This document shows, piece by piece, positions 1 to 11,340 of a DNA stretch of 64,000 nt (position 1 is the stretch's first letter; each line of letters starts with the position of its first letter). The stretch lies in NCBI GenBank assembly GCA_041577295.1, contig JBFGJG010000015.1:15873-79872 (forward strand), written 5' to 3'. Below the pieces are notes generated by a model, which saw nothing but the letters and a program-made list of their open reading frames with translations, had not been told where the DNA came from and made no database searches. The stretch is from Gemmatimonadales bacterium (lineage in GTDB: Bacteria > Gemmatimonadota > Gemmatimonadetes > Gemmatimonadales > GWC2-71-9). The position numbers and the translations under genes are program-made.

Positions 1-1492
<1,492 letters not shown>

Positions 1493-1633
1493 TTACGCCG
1501 GAACGACCCCCGTGTGGAAGCGGTGCGGCCAGTGCTCTGACGTCCCGCCGTCGCACGGACACGCTGTCGGTCCGATACACTATACGTGTCTTCAATGCGG
1601 TGACTTACGCTGATGCTACGGCCGCTGGGTTGG

Positions 1634-2041
1634 CTACCGCATTGCCACAGGAATGACCAGCTTGAGCGCGCTCAACTCCTCAGAGAAGCTCGCGACCTTG
1701 ATATCGACCAGACCGTTTTCCTTTGCCGCACTCATCACGTCCGATTGCTTCACCTCTGGCCGCCCCTTACGCCACAACGTCCAGATCGCTCCGTTGGGTT
1801 TGATCGTTTCGCGGAGTCGCGCCAGCCGCTCGAGATCCTTCGTCCGGGATACGAAAAAGAAGATCATGTCCGTCGCCCGTTTCGGGCGCCGCTCCGCAAT
1901 GTCGTCGGTGCGTGTCCGGAGCTCCTGCAAGAATTCCGCGTCCTGTAATCGCAACACGGCCACGCGCATCGCTGACTTCACACCGAGCTTGTCCAGCCGG
2001 CTTCGCTTGGAGTACCCAGTGGCGCCGGGCGCCACCGTCAC
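1634..2041 (-). CDS. DUF3052-like protein
   Basis: GYSKRSRLDKLGVK...GAIWTLWRKG...GLVDIKVASFSEELSALKLVIP pattern; start taken at a GTG overlapping the upstream TGA. Confidence 0.7.
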   Translation of the reverse strand: MTVAPGATGYSKRSRLDKLGVKSAMRVAVLRLQDAEFLQELRTRTDDIAERRPKRATDMIFFFVSRTKDLERLARLRETIKPNGAIWTLWRKGRPEVKQSDVMSAAKENGLVDIKVASFSEELSALKLVIPVAMR

Positions 2042-2568
2042 TGCTCGTGCACCGGGGTGAGCTCCTCGCCAAACCGCTGACCCAGCGCGCGGAGGTAGCC
2101 GTCGATGTTCGCGTGCATACCGAGAAAGACGTTCGCCACGAACCGGAAGATCGGATTGCTGATCCAACCGTCCTCGGTGACGGTGACGCGACTGCCACCA
2201 TCGACCGGCGTGATGACGTACGTCCACGTTCCGCCAAAGGGACCTCCCGCGGTGGGATCGATCTCGGTTACGAGTCGGCTTGGCGGACTCGATTCGCGTA
2301 CGACCAGTGGAAGTTGGCCGCTCGTCATGTCGAGCCGATAGGCCTCTCGGCCCTCGGACCCCGATCCCCGTTCAACACTTCGTACGTCTGGCCACCAGGC
2401 AGCCAGCTGATCGAAGCTCCGAACGACAGGCCATATGCTGTCCGGTGGCTGACCCACGATCACCGAGCTCGAAGCGACGTGATCCCGCGGCATGAGCATC
2501 CCCACGAGCGTCACAGCAGCGACTAGCCCCACGAGCGCAAGCAAGACAATCAACAACCATTTTCGCAC
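2038..2568 (-). CDS. SRPBCC/START-like protein with N-terminal membrane anchor
   Basis: Hydrophobic N-term, then IWPVVRSFDQLAAWWPDV...FGGTWTYVITPVDGGSRVTVTEDG; AGGAGG upstream of GTG 2568. Confidence 0.8.
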   Translation of the reverse strand: MRKWLLIVLLALVGLVAAVTLVGMLMPRDHVASSSVIVGQPPDSIWPVVRSFDQLAAWWPDVRSVERGSGSEGREAYRLDMTSGQLPLVVRESSPPSRLVTEIDPTAGGPFGGTWTYVITPVDGGSRVTVTEDGWISNPIFRFVANVFLGMHANIDGYLRALGQRFGEELTPVHEQ

Positions 2569-2664
2569 TGGGCCTCCTATCAACATGGGTGCTGCACGGT
2601 TGCCCGGGATCGGCAGTGTGCACCTGCGACGCCCGCCGTGCGAGTCGCCTATCAAACATGCACA

Positions 2665-3534
2665 CTAGGTCCGGGAGGTCGCCTCCCACGGCGGATGGCT
2701 TGCCAGACGCCGGAGCCGCGTGATCTGTCGTAGTGCGTTACGGAGCCGCTTCGTGTCCCCCGAGCCACAGCTCGTCACCGCGTATTCCATCGCATCGAGC
2801 TCGAGAAAGCGATGGACCCGTGGGAGCAACGTGGAACGCGGTTCCGGCTGATACACGTCCAGCAACCGGTCGAGTAAATCCGTCCCGTAATCCTCGTAGA
2901 GGTAGGTCAGCTCCCACGCCGGGTCGCCGATCATCAGATCGCCAAAGTCGATCACGCCGGTCAGCACCTTCGTGTGTGGATCATGGAGGATGTGCTCAGG
3001 CCCGAGATCCGCGTGGAGCAGTGTGGGTTTGTACTCCTGCCAATCTCTGCGATCGCAGTAATCCTGTACCGCTCCGACGATAAACGCACGGTCGACCGCT
3101 TGCATGCGGTCGAACAGTTGCGTCTCGGCGCGGCGGAGCACTGCGGAATAGTGTCCGCGATAGTCGAATACCGGGATGTCACATTGATGAGCGGCATTTA
3201 GAGTCGTGCCGTGCAGTCGCGCCAGAAACGTTCCCAGCAGCCGTGCCAACCGCGCGCGGCTCTCGTTTGAGGACGCGAGATACCGCCGTCGAGTCAACAA
3301 CGCACCCGGAATCTTTCGATAGCGCGAGAAGAGATGGTCGGAACTGGGGCCCTGATAGAGCTCGGGATTAGGGACGAGGACGGGAACCGTGGCTCGAATG
3401 ACGGGGAGCAGGCAGACTTCCCGCTGTAACGCGCGCGCAGCAGCACGGTGTTTTGGAAACTGGAAGACCCAGTCGCCATCGACCAAAAACGACCAGCGTT
3501 CCTCCCCCTCACCAAAGAACGCCACCGACCGCAC
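2665..3534 (-). CDS. Aminoglycoside phosphotransferase (APH/ChoK) family protein
   Basis: GEG loop, HADLGPEHIL Brenner-like motif, IDFGD and GDPA; the true start is probably further upstream (see findings). Confidence 0.85.
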   Translation of the reverse strand: MRSVAFFGEGEERWSFLVDGDWVFQFPKHRAAARALQREVCLLPVIRATVPVLVPNPELYQGPSSDHLFSRYRKIPGALLTRRRYLASSNESRARLARLLGTFLARLHGTTLNAAHQCDIPVFDYRGHYSAVLRRAETQLFDRMQAVDRAFIVGAVQDYCDRRDWQEYKPTLLHADLGPEHILHDPHTKVLTGVIDFGDLMIGDPAWELTYLYEDYGTDLLDRLLDVYQPEPRSTLLPRVHRFLELDAMEYAVTSCGSGDTKRLRNALRQITRLRRLASHPPWEATSRT

Positions 3535-3604
3535 GGATTGGCCGGCGTACTGCGCGATCAGGGACGCCGCGGTCGCTTCATCGATCCGATATGACGGGAC
3601 CGTG

Positions 3605-4738
3605 CTACTGACCCTCTTGCACGAGTCGTACGATCCTTCCGCCCGCAGCTAGGATGTAGAGCTCACCGTCACCACCCTCGCCAAACGACGTGACGCTTCC
3701 GAGATCACCCACGTCCCATTCGGTCCGGTCAACAGCCGCGCCGTCGACGAAGCGAAAACTCCGCAACCAACCACCACAAAAGTCCGAGTAGAAGTAGTGA
3801 CCTCGCACCCCCGGCACGGCGTTTCCGCCGTAGACGATGCCCCCGGTTATTGAGCAGCCCTCCCCGTGATCGTAGTCGAGAACTGGCAGCGTGAGCCCCT
3901 CGGTCTGACATCCGGAGGACGGCTGGAAGCACTGGCTGCCCTCCATGATGTTCCAGCCGTAGTTGACGCTGGGCCTGCTGATGGGTGCGACGTTCACCTC
4001 CTCACGCCGGTTCTGGCCAACATCCGCAATGTAGAGGAGGCCGTTCGCACGATCGAGCGCGATGCGCCACGGGTTCCTGAGACCGTACGCCCAGATCTCA
4101 TTGCCGAACGGGTTGTTGTTGGGGATTGCGTAGGGCGTGCCGCCATCGACATCGATGCGTAGCAACGCTCCAAGCAGTGTCGTGGTGTTTTGGCCGTGAC
4201 CGTTGGGGTCGTTCGCGCTCCCACCGTCACCCATCGCAATGTAGAGCATGCCATCCGGTCCAAACAGGATGTGCCCGCCGTTGTGATTGCTAAAAGGCTG
4301 AGCTACCGTCAGGATGATCTCCGCCGAGCTCCCGTCCGCGACGTTCGGATCTGATGAGACGAGGTAGCGAGCAACTCGGGTATCGCCGTTCGTGTCGGTG
4401 TAGTTAACGAAGAACTCGCCGTTGTCAGCGTAGTCGGGGTGAAACGCCATCGAAAGTAGTCCGCGCTCGCCTCCCGAACCCACGAGAGACCGGATGTCGA
4501 GAAATGCCGGCGTGCGGATCTGCCCATTCTCGATAATGCGGATGATCCCAGCCTGCTCGATGACAAATAGCCTGGTGTCACCCGGGGGTGCCGTAAGATG
4601 AACCGGTGATTGGAGTCCTGATACGACCTCGGCGACCGCGAGATCGCCCGGCAGGGGAGCGTTGATCTTTTCGTTGCAGCCCGCTAAACCCAACCCACAC
4701 ATGAGCGCCATCCACCGCGGCGGATGCCCAGTGACCAT
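3605..4738 (-). CDS. PQQ-dependent sugar (glucose/sorbosone) dehydrogenase-like lipoprotein
   Basis: Lipobox LAGC; GERGLLSMAFHP, NHNGG, GLRNPWR, DVGQ, NYGW motifs. Confidence 0.9.
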   Translation of the reverse strand: MVTGHPPRWMALMCGLGLAGCNEKINAPLPGDLAVAEVVSGLQSPVHLTAPPGDTRLFVIEQAGIIRIIENGQIRTPAFLDIRSLVGSGGERGLLSMAFHPDYADNGEFFVNYTDTNGDTRVARYLVSSDPNVADGSSAEIILTVAQPFSNHNGGHILFGPDGMLYIAMGDGGSANDPNGHGQNTTTLLGALLRIDVDGGTPYAIPNNNPFGNEIWAYGLRNPWRIALDRANGLLYIADVGQNRREEVNVAPISRPSVNYGWNIMEGSQCFQPSSGCQTEGLTLPVLDYDHGEGCSITGGIVYGGNAVPGVRGHYFYSDFCGGWLRSFRFVDGAAVDRTEWDVGDLGSVTSFGEGGDGELYILAAGGRIVRLVQEGQ

Positions 4739-4835
4739 ATGACCTCCGAGCCGATCTGGCTCACCGAAGGTGTATCAGTGATCTCGCTGGAAGTATGGTA
4801 ACCCCGAACGGGGTGCTGGATCCCCAATATTCCCT

Positions 4836-6020
4836 CTATCCCCCGAACGCATTCAGCCCGGTGACTGCCTGCCCCAAGATGAGGGTATGGACATCGTGTG
4901 TTCCCTCGTAGGTATACACGCTCTCGAGGTTCGCCAGATGCCGCATGGCTTGGTACTCCGCGAGGATCCCACTGCCCCCCAGAAGCCGCCTTGTCTCGCG
5001 TGCGCATTCACACGCAATGTGCACATTGTTGCGCTTGGCAAGCGATACCTGTTGTGGCGTCATGGTACCTCGGTCCTTGAGCCGCCCGAGCTGAAGGCAC
5101 AAGAGTTGAGCTTTCGTGATTTCGGTGAGCATCTCCGCAAGGCGAGCCTGTTGGAGCTGGAACCCTCCAATTGGGCGATCGAACATCACGCGATTCTTCG
5201 CATAATCCACGGCTTCCTCGAAGCACGCCATTGCGGCACCCACCGCACCCCAGGCAATGCCGTATCTCGCCTGTGTCAGGCACATCAGCGGACTTTTGAG
5301 ACCGCAGCTACCTTCGAGCAACGAATCGCTTGGCACGCGCACGTCTTCGAGCACCAGTTCACTCGTGTCACTCGCGCGCAGCGAAAGCTTGCCCTTCTGA
5401 TCCCTGGCCGCGAACCCTTGTGTATCCGTCGGCACTAAGAATCCGCGAATGGTATCGGGATCATCGAGCCCGCCTGTCTTTGCCCATATCACCGCCAGGT
5501 GAGCTGTCGAGCCGTTCGTGATCCACATCTTGGCGCCGTTGATCACCCATGTGGAACCGTCCTTTCGAGCCGTTGTGATCATGCCGGCCGGATTGGATCC
5601 GTAATCGGGCTCAGTGAGACCGAAGCAGCCGATCACTTCGCCGCGCGCCATCGGGGGGAGCCAACGTCGCTTTTGCTCCTCGCTCCCAAAAGCGAAGATC
5701 GGGTACATGCACAACGCTCCCTGAACCGACGCGAAGGACCGAACACCACTATCTCCGCGCTCCAGCTCCTGCATGATCAGACCGTACGCAACGTTGTTCA
5801 GCTCCGCACACTCGTAGTCGGCTGGCAGGTTGGCACCAAACAACCCCAGCTCTGCCATCTGCGGCACCAGCTCCATGGGAAAGCGCCCTTCGACGTAACG
5901 CTCGCCAATGATCGGCATGAGGGCATCGTCCACCCAGCGCCGAACGGTGTCGCGGACCTGCCGTTCCTCCTCATTGAACAACGAATCGGTTTCGTAGAAA
6001 TCAACACCTGCGAATGGCAT
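4836..6020 (-). CDS. Acyl-CoA dehydrogenase, glutaryl-CoA dehydrogenase-like
   Basis: QELERGDSGVRSFASVQ, GCFGLTEPDYGS, KMWITNG, YTYEGTHDVHTLILG. Confidence 0.9.
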   Translation of the reverse strand: MPFAGVDFYETDSLFNEEERQVRDTVRRWVDDALMPIIGERYVEGRFPMELVPQMAELGLFGANLPADYECAELNNVAYGLIMQELERGDSGVRSFASVQGALCMYPIFAFGSEEQKRRWLPPMARGEVIGCFGLTEPDYGSNPAGMITTARKDGSTWVINGAKMWITNGSTAHLAVIWAKTGGLDDPDTIRGFLVPTDTQGFAARDQKGKLSLRASDTSELVLEDVRVPSDSLLEGSCGLKSPLMCLTQARYGIAWGAVGAAMACFEEAVDYAKNRVMFDRPIGGFQLQQARLAEMLTEITKAQLLCLQLGRLKDRGTMTPQQVSLAKRNNVHIACECARETRRLLGGSGILAEYQAMRHLANLESVYTYEGTHDVHTLILGQAVTGLNAFGG

Positions 6021-6036
6021 GTGCGCTCCTCATGAA

Positions 6037-6750
6037 TCACCGTTCCCGTGCCGCTCGGCGCCGGGGTTTGACCACGCGGCGCGCCCCTGGTTCCACACCC
6101 ACTTCTACAGCCTTTTCACGAAATGTCTCGCCGTGGTCGGGGTCGTATCCCGATTCTACCTGCCACTGGTGCACCATCTCGTGCAACAGAGTATGCGTCA
6201 CTTCGTCCCAGCCATCGGTTTCGATGTGGTGCCGGCTGACGGCAATCTCCGTAGCCCGATTGGTACGCGAATCCACAGTGAGCTCACCTAGCCGGGTGCG
6301 CATGCGTGACGAAATTCGGAACTTCATTGGTAGCAATTTACCACCAAAGTGCCGGCGATTGAGTCGCTCGTGGAGCTTCTTGAGCTCCCTCAGCACACGG
6401 CGGTCACCCGATTTGGGGCGCTCGCCCCGCCGCCGTGTTTTGCTGGGTTGGACGAATTCCTCCACGGGGAATGCCACCAGCTCGCGCTCCGCACGCCGCC
6501 GATCCGCCACCTTCGTGGCAGGATGGACGAACGCCACGATGGCTCGGAGCACCCGGTCGCTAGCGTACGCGTATCCTCGGTGGACTCGAAGCATCCCACG
6601 TTTCGTGACGCTCACCAGCACCGTCTTGTTCTCGTGGACCTCAACTCCGCGGGGGCCACGGAGCCCTAACAGTTCGAGCCGACGCGCGAGGAGTGCGCGG
6701 TCCGCCTCCCGGGCAGCGGCCTCAGCTAACGCTCGTCGCGACCGGCGCAT
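6037..6750 (-). CDS. SprT-like zinc metalloprotease domain protein
   Basis: LNRRHFGG, SSRMRTRLG, TLLHEMVHQW (HExxH), HGETF; start uncertain. Confidence 0.85.
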   Translation of the reverse strand: MRRSRRALAEAAAREADRALLARRLELLGLRGPRGVEVHENKTVLVSVTKRGMLRVHRGYAYASDRVLRAIVAFVHPATKVADRRRAERELVAFPVEEFVQPSKTRRRGERPKSGDRRVLRELKKLHERLNRRHFGGKLLPMKFRISSRMRTRLGELTVDSRTNRATEIAVSRHHIETDGWDEVTHTLLHEMVHQWQVESGYDPDHGETFREKAVEVGVEPGARRVVKPRRRAARER

Positions 6751-7579
6751 CACTGGTTCCTCGGCTGCGGGCAAAGGCATGGATATCGGACCGGCGAAAG
6801 ACGCGGCGACTGTTGTCCCAGCGGTACAGCTCGACGTTGATCGATCGCTCGTCGATCACGATACGGTGAAAAACCGACGGGCGACCACCGCGCATGCGGG
6901 CTGACAACGTGCCAGCACAGGAAACGACGACGCGACCGTCCAGCAGCTCGGCGCACTCCTGGTGGTCGTGACCGCAGAGGACCAATTCCGCACCTGAGTG
7001 AACAATGCGCCGCTGTGCCTGCCGCCACCGCGCAAGGCCCATCCGCTGCGACAGCTGGCCCCGGAGCACGTTGTGATGGACGACGAGGATCCGAGCTTGA
7101 CCGGGACTTGCCTTGCGAAACGCCTGGCGGGCACGCTCGATTTCACTCTTGGGGAGATGCCCCTTGGTTGCAATGTCCCGCGGGTTCCACGTCAGTGACC
7201 CCCACGCAACCCCGTGGGCGGTGTGGACCCCAACGATGATTGCCTCGGGCATCTGCAGCACCGGGCCCAGAACGGGGCCAAAGTACTGTTTGTACTTCGT
7301 ATACTTGCCGCCCGATGCAAACGGAATGAACGGTCGCCACCACCACTGCACGTCATGGTTGCCGTGGATGGTGAGAACAGGCGCGGTACGCTCCAACTCG
7401 CGGACGAACGACCGCCCCGCCTGAAACTCTCCATGCCGCGCTCGCTGGGTGAAATCGCCGGAGACCACGATGACGTTTGGCTCCAGGTCCGGCACCAGCT
7501 CTTCAACAGCGGCGATCTGATCCAGATGCGCCGCTTTCCCGAAGTGCGGGTCGGACAGATGTATCAGGCTGAAGCTCAT
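6722..7579 (-). CDS. Calcineurin-like metallophosphoesterase
   Basis: HLSDPH, SGDFT, GNHD, HH and GHDH motifs. Confidence 0.9.
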   Translation of the reverse strand: MSFSLIHLSDPHFGKAAHLDQIAAVEELVPDLEPNVIVVSGDFTQRARHGEFQAGRSFVRELERTAPVLTIHGNHDVQWWWRPFIPFASGGKYTKYKQYFGPVLGPVLQMPEAIIVGVHTAHGVAWGSLTWNPRDIATKGHLPKSEIERARQAFRKASPGQARILVVHHNVLRGQLSQRMGLARWRQAQRRIVHSGAELVLCGHDHQECAELLDGRVVVSCAGTLSARMRGGRPSVFHRIVIDERSINVELYRWDNSRRVFRRSDIHAFARSRGTSDAPVATSVS

Positions 7580-7592
7580 CGGTGCTCGGTCA

Positions 7593-7910
7593 TCAACGCA
7601 GATATTCGCGTACCACCCGTTTCGTCACGAGATAGGTGAGCACGTACCAGGCGACTATACCCATGATCCCCACCATCTTGGCCGTCGGATCGTCTGCCAC
7701 TCGGAGCCAGACGTACAGGGCCATCGCCAGCGTGCTCATCGCGGCGACCCACCGCCCCACACGCCCTGCCTTACGATCTAAGGCGCGGTTGCACTCCCGG
7801 CAGATCTCTCCGAGCGGAAGCTCCACCTCGCGATGGCAGCGCGGGCACTCGTGCTCAACGAAGACGCCGAAGGACGGCGTCCGCGAACTGAACCGTCGTA
7901 GCATTCCCAC
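7593..7910 (-). CDS. Small membrane protein with CxxC...CxxC zinc-ribbon
   Basis: CPRC and CREC followed by two hydrophobic helices; start uncertain because it overlaps the upstream gene. Confidence 0.6.
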   Translation of the reverse strand: MGMLRRFSSRTPSFGVFVEHECPRCHREVELPLGEICRECNRALDRKAGRVGRWVAAMSTLAMALYVWLRVADDPTAKMVGIMGIVAWYVLTYLVTKRVVREYLR

Positions 7911-8871
7911 CGAGATCCGGCGTCAGTGCCTTGCCGTCCCGCAGCGTGTCAGTGAGGCCCCGCCGAATCCGCCCAGCCGCCTCTTGCTCGCCCAGGTGAT
8001 CGAGCATGAGACATGCCGCCAACAGGAGGGCGGTCGGATTAGCCACCCCTTTTCCCGCAATGTCGGGTGCGGAGCCGTGCACGGCCTCGAACATGGCTGC
8101 CCGGTCTCCTATGTTGGCTCCGGGGGCCAAACCGAGCCCGCCGACCAGACCGGCAATTTCGTCGCTCAGGATATCTCCGAACATGTTTGTCGTGACGATC
8201 ACGTCGAACTGCCCCGGGTCGAGCACGAGCTTCATTGCGCAAGCATCGATAATGACATCATCCACGCCTACCCGGCCGGCATAGTCCAGGGAGATCTCCC
8301 TGCCAACCTCGAGGAAGAGCCCACTGACGGCCTTCAGAATGTTGGCCTTGTGGCAGATCGTGACCTTTTTGCGCCCGTGCGCAAGCGCGTATTCGAACGC
8401 ATACCTGATGACGCGCTCGCAGCCCTGTCGGGTGACAATGGCCATCGCCTGCGCCACCGCTTTAGGGTCACCCCCCACGGGGATGGTGGTCTCAAAGCCC
8501 ACGTAGAGCCCTTCCGTGTTCTCACGAACCAGGACGATGTCCACGTTGTCAAACCGGCCATTGGCGAGGAGCGTCTTGGCAGGGCGCACGTTTGCATAGA
8601 GATCAAACTCGCGTCGTAACGCCACGTTCACGGACCGAAAGCCCGAACCCACCGGCGTCGTGAGTGGCCCCTTGAGGACGAGACCCGTGTGCCGGATACT
8701 CTCGACGGTCGCGTCCGGCAACGGCGTCCCGAGCTCTTCGAGTGCTGCCAACCCTCCCAGCTGCTCGTCCCAGACTATCGAGACACCGGCGCCTTCTAGA
8801 ATGCGAACGGTGGCGGCCGTGATCTCGGGACCGATGCCATCGCCTCGGATGAGGGTTGCTCGGTGCGCCAT
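7855..8871 (-). CDS. Isocitrate/isopropylmalate dehydrogenase family (NAD-dependent IDH/HICDH-like)
   Basis: GDGIGPEI, RENTEGLY, HKANI, NMFGDILSD, EAVHGSAPDIAGK. Confidence 0.92.
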   Translation of the reverse strand: MAHRATLIRGDGIGPEITAATVRILEGAGVSIVWDEQLGGLAALEELGTPLPDATVESIRHTGLVLKGPLTTPVGSGFRSVNVALRREFDLYANVRPAKTLLANGRFDNVDIVLVRENTEGLYVGFETTIPVGGDPKAVAQAMAIVTRQGCERVIRYAFEYALAHGRKKVTICHKANILKAVSGLFLEVGREISLDYAGRVGVDDVIIDACAMKLVLDPGQFDVIVTTNMFGDILSDEIAGLVGGLGLAPGANIGDRAAMFEAVHGSAPDIAGKGVANPTALLLAACLMLDHLGEQEAAGRIRRGLTDTLRDGKALTPDLGGNATTVQFADAVLRRLR

Positions 8872-9503
8872 TACGGAAGGTCCGGAACGAGGGTCGCAAG
8901 GGCATCCCACACCGCGGTCCACGGGTCATCTCCCTCGGCCCATGCAGTGGTGCGCCATTCAATGAGCCCGGTTCGGATATCGACGATCGCGAACGTGAGC
9001 TCCGCCCGCCCATGCCCCTCCTCACCCGGGACAAAGACGAGGCTCGCCGGGACCAGGGCGAAACGCTCACCCGCCACCCCCGTCAGCGCCCGCATCTGAC
9101 TTCGCAACGGGTCCGGCACCCGTTTGCTATCGCCTGCACGCAACATCGCCGTCCCCATCTTGTCAGGCTCGGTCAACATCCCGGGCGCCCGGCTCGCGGC
9201 GCGGCGCAGCTCCTCGGGCAGTACCCAGACTACCTCCGGGGCCCGCTCCGTAAGGAATGCCCCAATGAGGCTGTCGGCCTTAGCAAGCGCATCCGGTCTC
9301 TGACCCACCTGCTCGACCCACCCGAGCTCACGGTCGGTGGCGACGAGTGTCAGCGGATAAACCGTGACCTCTTGGGCCGCCATGCCTGCCGTGGGGAGTG
9401 GCGCGGCCAGCGGTGGAACGTCGGAGGCCGGCTGGGACTTGCCGCCGCAGCCGGCCAAGATCACGGACACGCCGAGCGCCATTCTGCTCAAGCGTTTTTC
9501 CAC
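8871..9503 (-). CDS. Hypothetical lipoprotein
   Basis: Lipobox ILAGC; packed between operon neighbours. Confidence 0.65.
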   Translation of the reverse strand: MEKRLSRMALGVSVILAGCGGKSQPASDVPPLAAPLPTAGMAAQEVTVYPLTLVATDRELGWVEQVGQRPDALAKADSLIGAFLTERAPEVVWVLPEELRRAASRAPGMLTEPDKMGTAMLRAGDSKRVPDPLRSQMRALTGVAGERFALVPASLVFVPGEEGHGRAELTFAIVDIRTGLIEWRTTAWAEGDDPWTAVWDALATLVPDLP

Positions 9504-10255
9504 ACCGGCGCTCGCTTTTCGAGAAAACTGTTGATGCCTTCTTGCACGTCCGCGAGTGGCATGAGCTCCCGCAGGTAAAGGTTCTCCACTTTGTAGAGGG
9601 CCTCTTCGTACGTGGAATAATAGGATTCCGTTTGTGCGCGCTTGGCGAGCTGCAACACCGGACCCGACTTGTTCGTGAGGTGCCCCACGAAATCCGCGAG
9701 GCCTTTCTCGAACTGGTCCCTCGCAAACACCTTGTTCACCAGACCTTGTTGCTGGAGCTCTCGAACCGGAATCTCCTCACCCATGAGGATCCACTCCATT
9801 GCCTTGCGGCGCGGCCCGGCCCGCGGGAGCACCACGCAAGCCAGGGCGGGAAAGGTCCCGACGGAGATCTCCGGTAGGGCAAACCGCGCCGATTCGGAGG
9901 CGACGATCAGATTGCATCCGATCGCGAGCTGAAACCCGCCACCGTACGCAATCCCGTCGACGGCCGCGACGGCAATGAGGTCCAACAACCGAATTGACTC
10001 GAAGATGCGATGAAAGACCTGAAGCAGCCGAGCGACCTTGTCGCGGCTGTGATCAGCGATATCGAGACCCGAGCTGAACGCCTTTCCCGCCCCACGCAGG
10101 ACCAGGACCTTGAGCTCCTTTCGAGCCCGAAGCTCGAGAAGCGCCACGTTGACCTGCTCCATCATCTCTATGTTGAGCAGGTTGAGCGGTGGACGATTCA
10201 GGATCAGTGTCGCGACACCGCCTTCATACGTCACTTCCACGTATTTATGGGGCAA
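9488..10255 (-). CDS. Enoyl-CoA hydratase/isomerase (crotonase) family
   Basis: LNRPPLN, AFSSGLD, AYGGG, FALPEISVG; AAGGAG RBS before a TTG start. Confidence 0.9.
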   Translation of the reverse strand: MPHKYVEVTYEGGVATLILNRPPLNLLNIEMMEQVNVALLELRARKELKVLVLRGAGKAFSSGLDIADHSRDKVARLLQVFHRIFESIRLLDLIAVAAVDGIAYGGGFQLAIGCNLIVASESARFALPEISVGTFPALACVVLPRAGPRRKAMEWILMGEEIPVRELQQQGLVNKVFARDQFEKGLADFVGHLTNKSGPVLQLAKRAQTESYYSTYEEALYKVENLYLRELMPLADVQEGINSFLEKRAPVWKNA

Positions 10256-10350
10256 ACCGGCTCCTTATGAGCGCGCGACGTATGGGATCGTGAGTGAGTT
10301 GCCCGTGGAAGGTACCCGGCCGTCCCTTGGGCTCAAGACCGCGCCGGGGC

Positions 10351-11265
10351 CTACTCCAGGGTGAGTCCGCCGTCCACTAAAATAACCTGCCCCGTGATAT
10401 GACGGGCGCTCTCGGAACAGAGGAAAAGGACCACCCCGGCGATATCCTCTGGTTCGGCGATCCGCCCCAGCACTGAGCCCTTTTCGGCATCGTCCAGCAC
10501 CTGCCGTGGGAGCTTATCGATCAGCTCCGTGCGGACGAAGCCCGGCGCGACGGCGTTGACGTTCACGTTGTAGGGTCCCAACTCCACCGCCGCGGACTTC
10601 GTGAGCCCCACCAAGGCTGCCTTGCTTGCGGCATAGTTGGATACGCCAAAGCCCGGTCGGTACGCCTGGTGCGAGGCGATGCCGACGACTTTGCCAAAGT
10701 GCTGTTCGCGAAAGAGCGGCGCGACGGCCTGCATACAGTTGAAGGCGCCCGTGATGTTCGTGTCGAGCACAGAACGCCAGGCGTCCTCCGACAAACGCCA
10801 AAGCGCGCCATCGCGAGACACGCCGGCGTTGTTCACGAGATAGTGTACGCCACCCAACTCGGCCCGCGCGCGGCGAATGAACTGCTGCACCGCGTCCCGG
10901 TGTCGGACGTCGCAGCGTTCGCTGTACACTTCGACTCCCTGCGCCCGCAGGGCCGTCTCGGTGAGAAGAGCCTGCGCGGCGATGTCCCGATCCGGTAGGT
11001 CTATGTAATTGAATGCGACGTTGACACCGTGGCGGGCGAACTCGAGCGCAATTGCGCGACCCAGACCCGACGCGCCACCTGTGACGACGACCGTGTTGTT
11101 CCGCATCTCGCGCCGGCGTTGCGCTTTCGGCTGCGGACGCTCGGCGATGCTCGATCCAGAACGCTCGGTAGGGCCACTGAACTGCGCGGGGATCGGATCG
11201 TAGGGAATGGCACTACCACCACTGTGATGAGCCTCGAACGTACGGTGCTCTCGGGCTTCGGGCAA
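10351..11265 (-). CDS. SDR oxidoreductase, FabG-like
   Basis: TGGASGLG, NNAG, YAASK, NAVAPG; the start may be ATG 11106. Confidence 0.9.
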   Translation of the reverse strand: MPEAREHRTFEAHHSGGSAIPYDPIPAQFSGPTERSGSSIAERPQPKAQRRREMRNNTVVVTGGASGLGRAIALEFARHGVNVAFNYIDLPDRDIAAQALLTETALRAQGVEVYSERCDVRHRDAVQQFIRRARAELGGVHYLVNNAGVSRDGALWRLSEDAWRSVLDTNITGAFNCMQAVAPLFREQHFGKVVGIASHQAYRPGFGVSNYAASKAALVGLTKSAAVELGPYNVNVNAVAPGFVRTELIDKLPRQVLDDAEKGSVLGRIAEPEDIAGVVLFLCSESARHITGQVILVDGGLTLE

Positions 11266-11340
11266 TAGAGGCTGGAAGGCAGTGAGGAGTAAGGAGTGAG
11301 CAGGGTGACGAAGGGAGTAGGGCCTCCCCTGCCTCTCCTG

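Noticed and set aside
2665..3534. Bona fide aminoglycoside resistance gene
   Set aside because: Motifs only place it in the broad APH/ChoK kinase family; the substrate cannot be read from sequence and there is no mobile context.
11281..11301. Three AGTRAGS heptamer repeats downstream of cstA
   Set aside because: Too short to assign a function.
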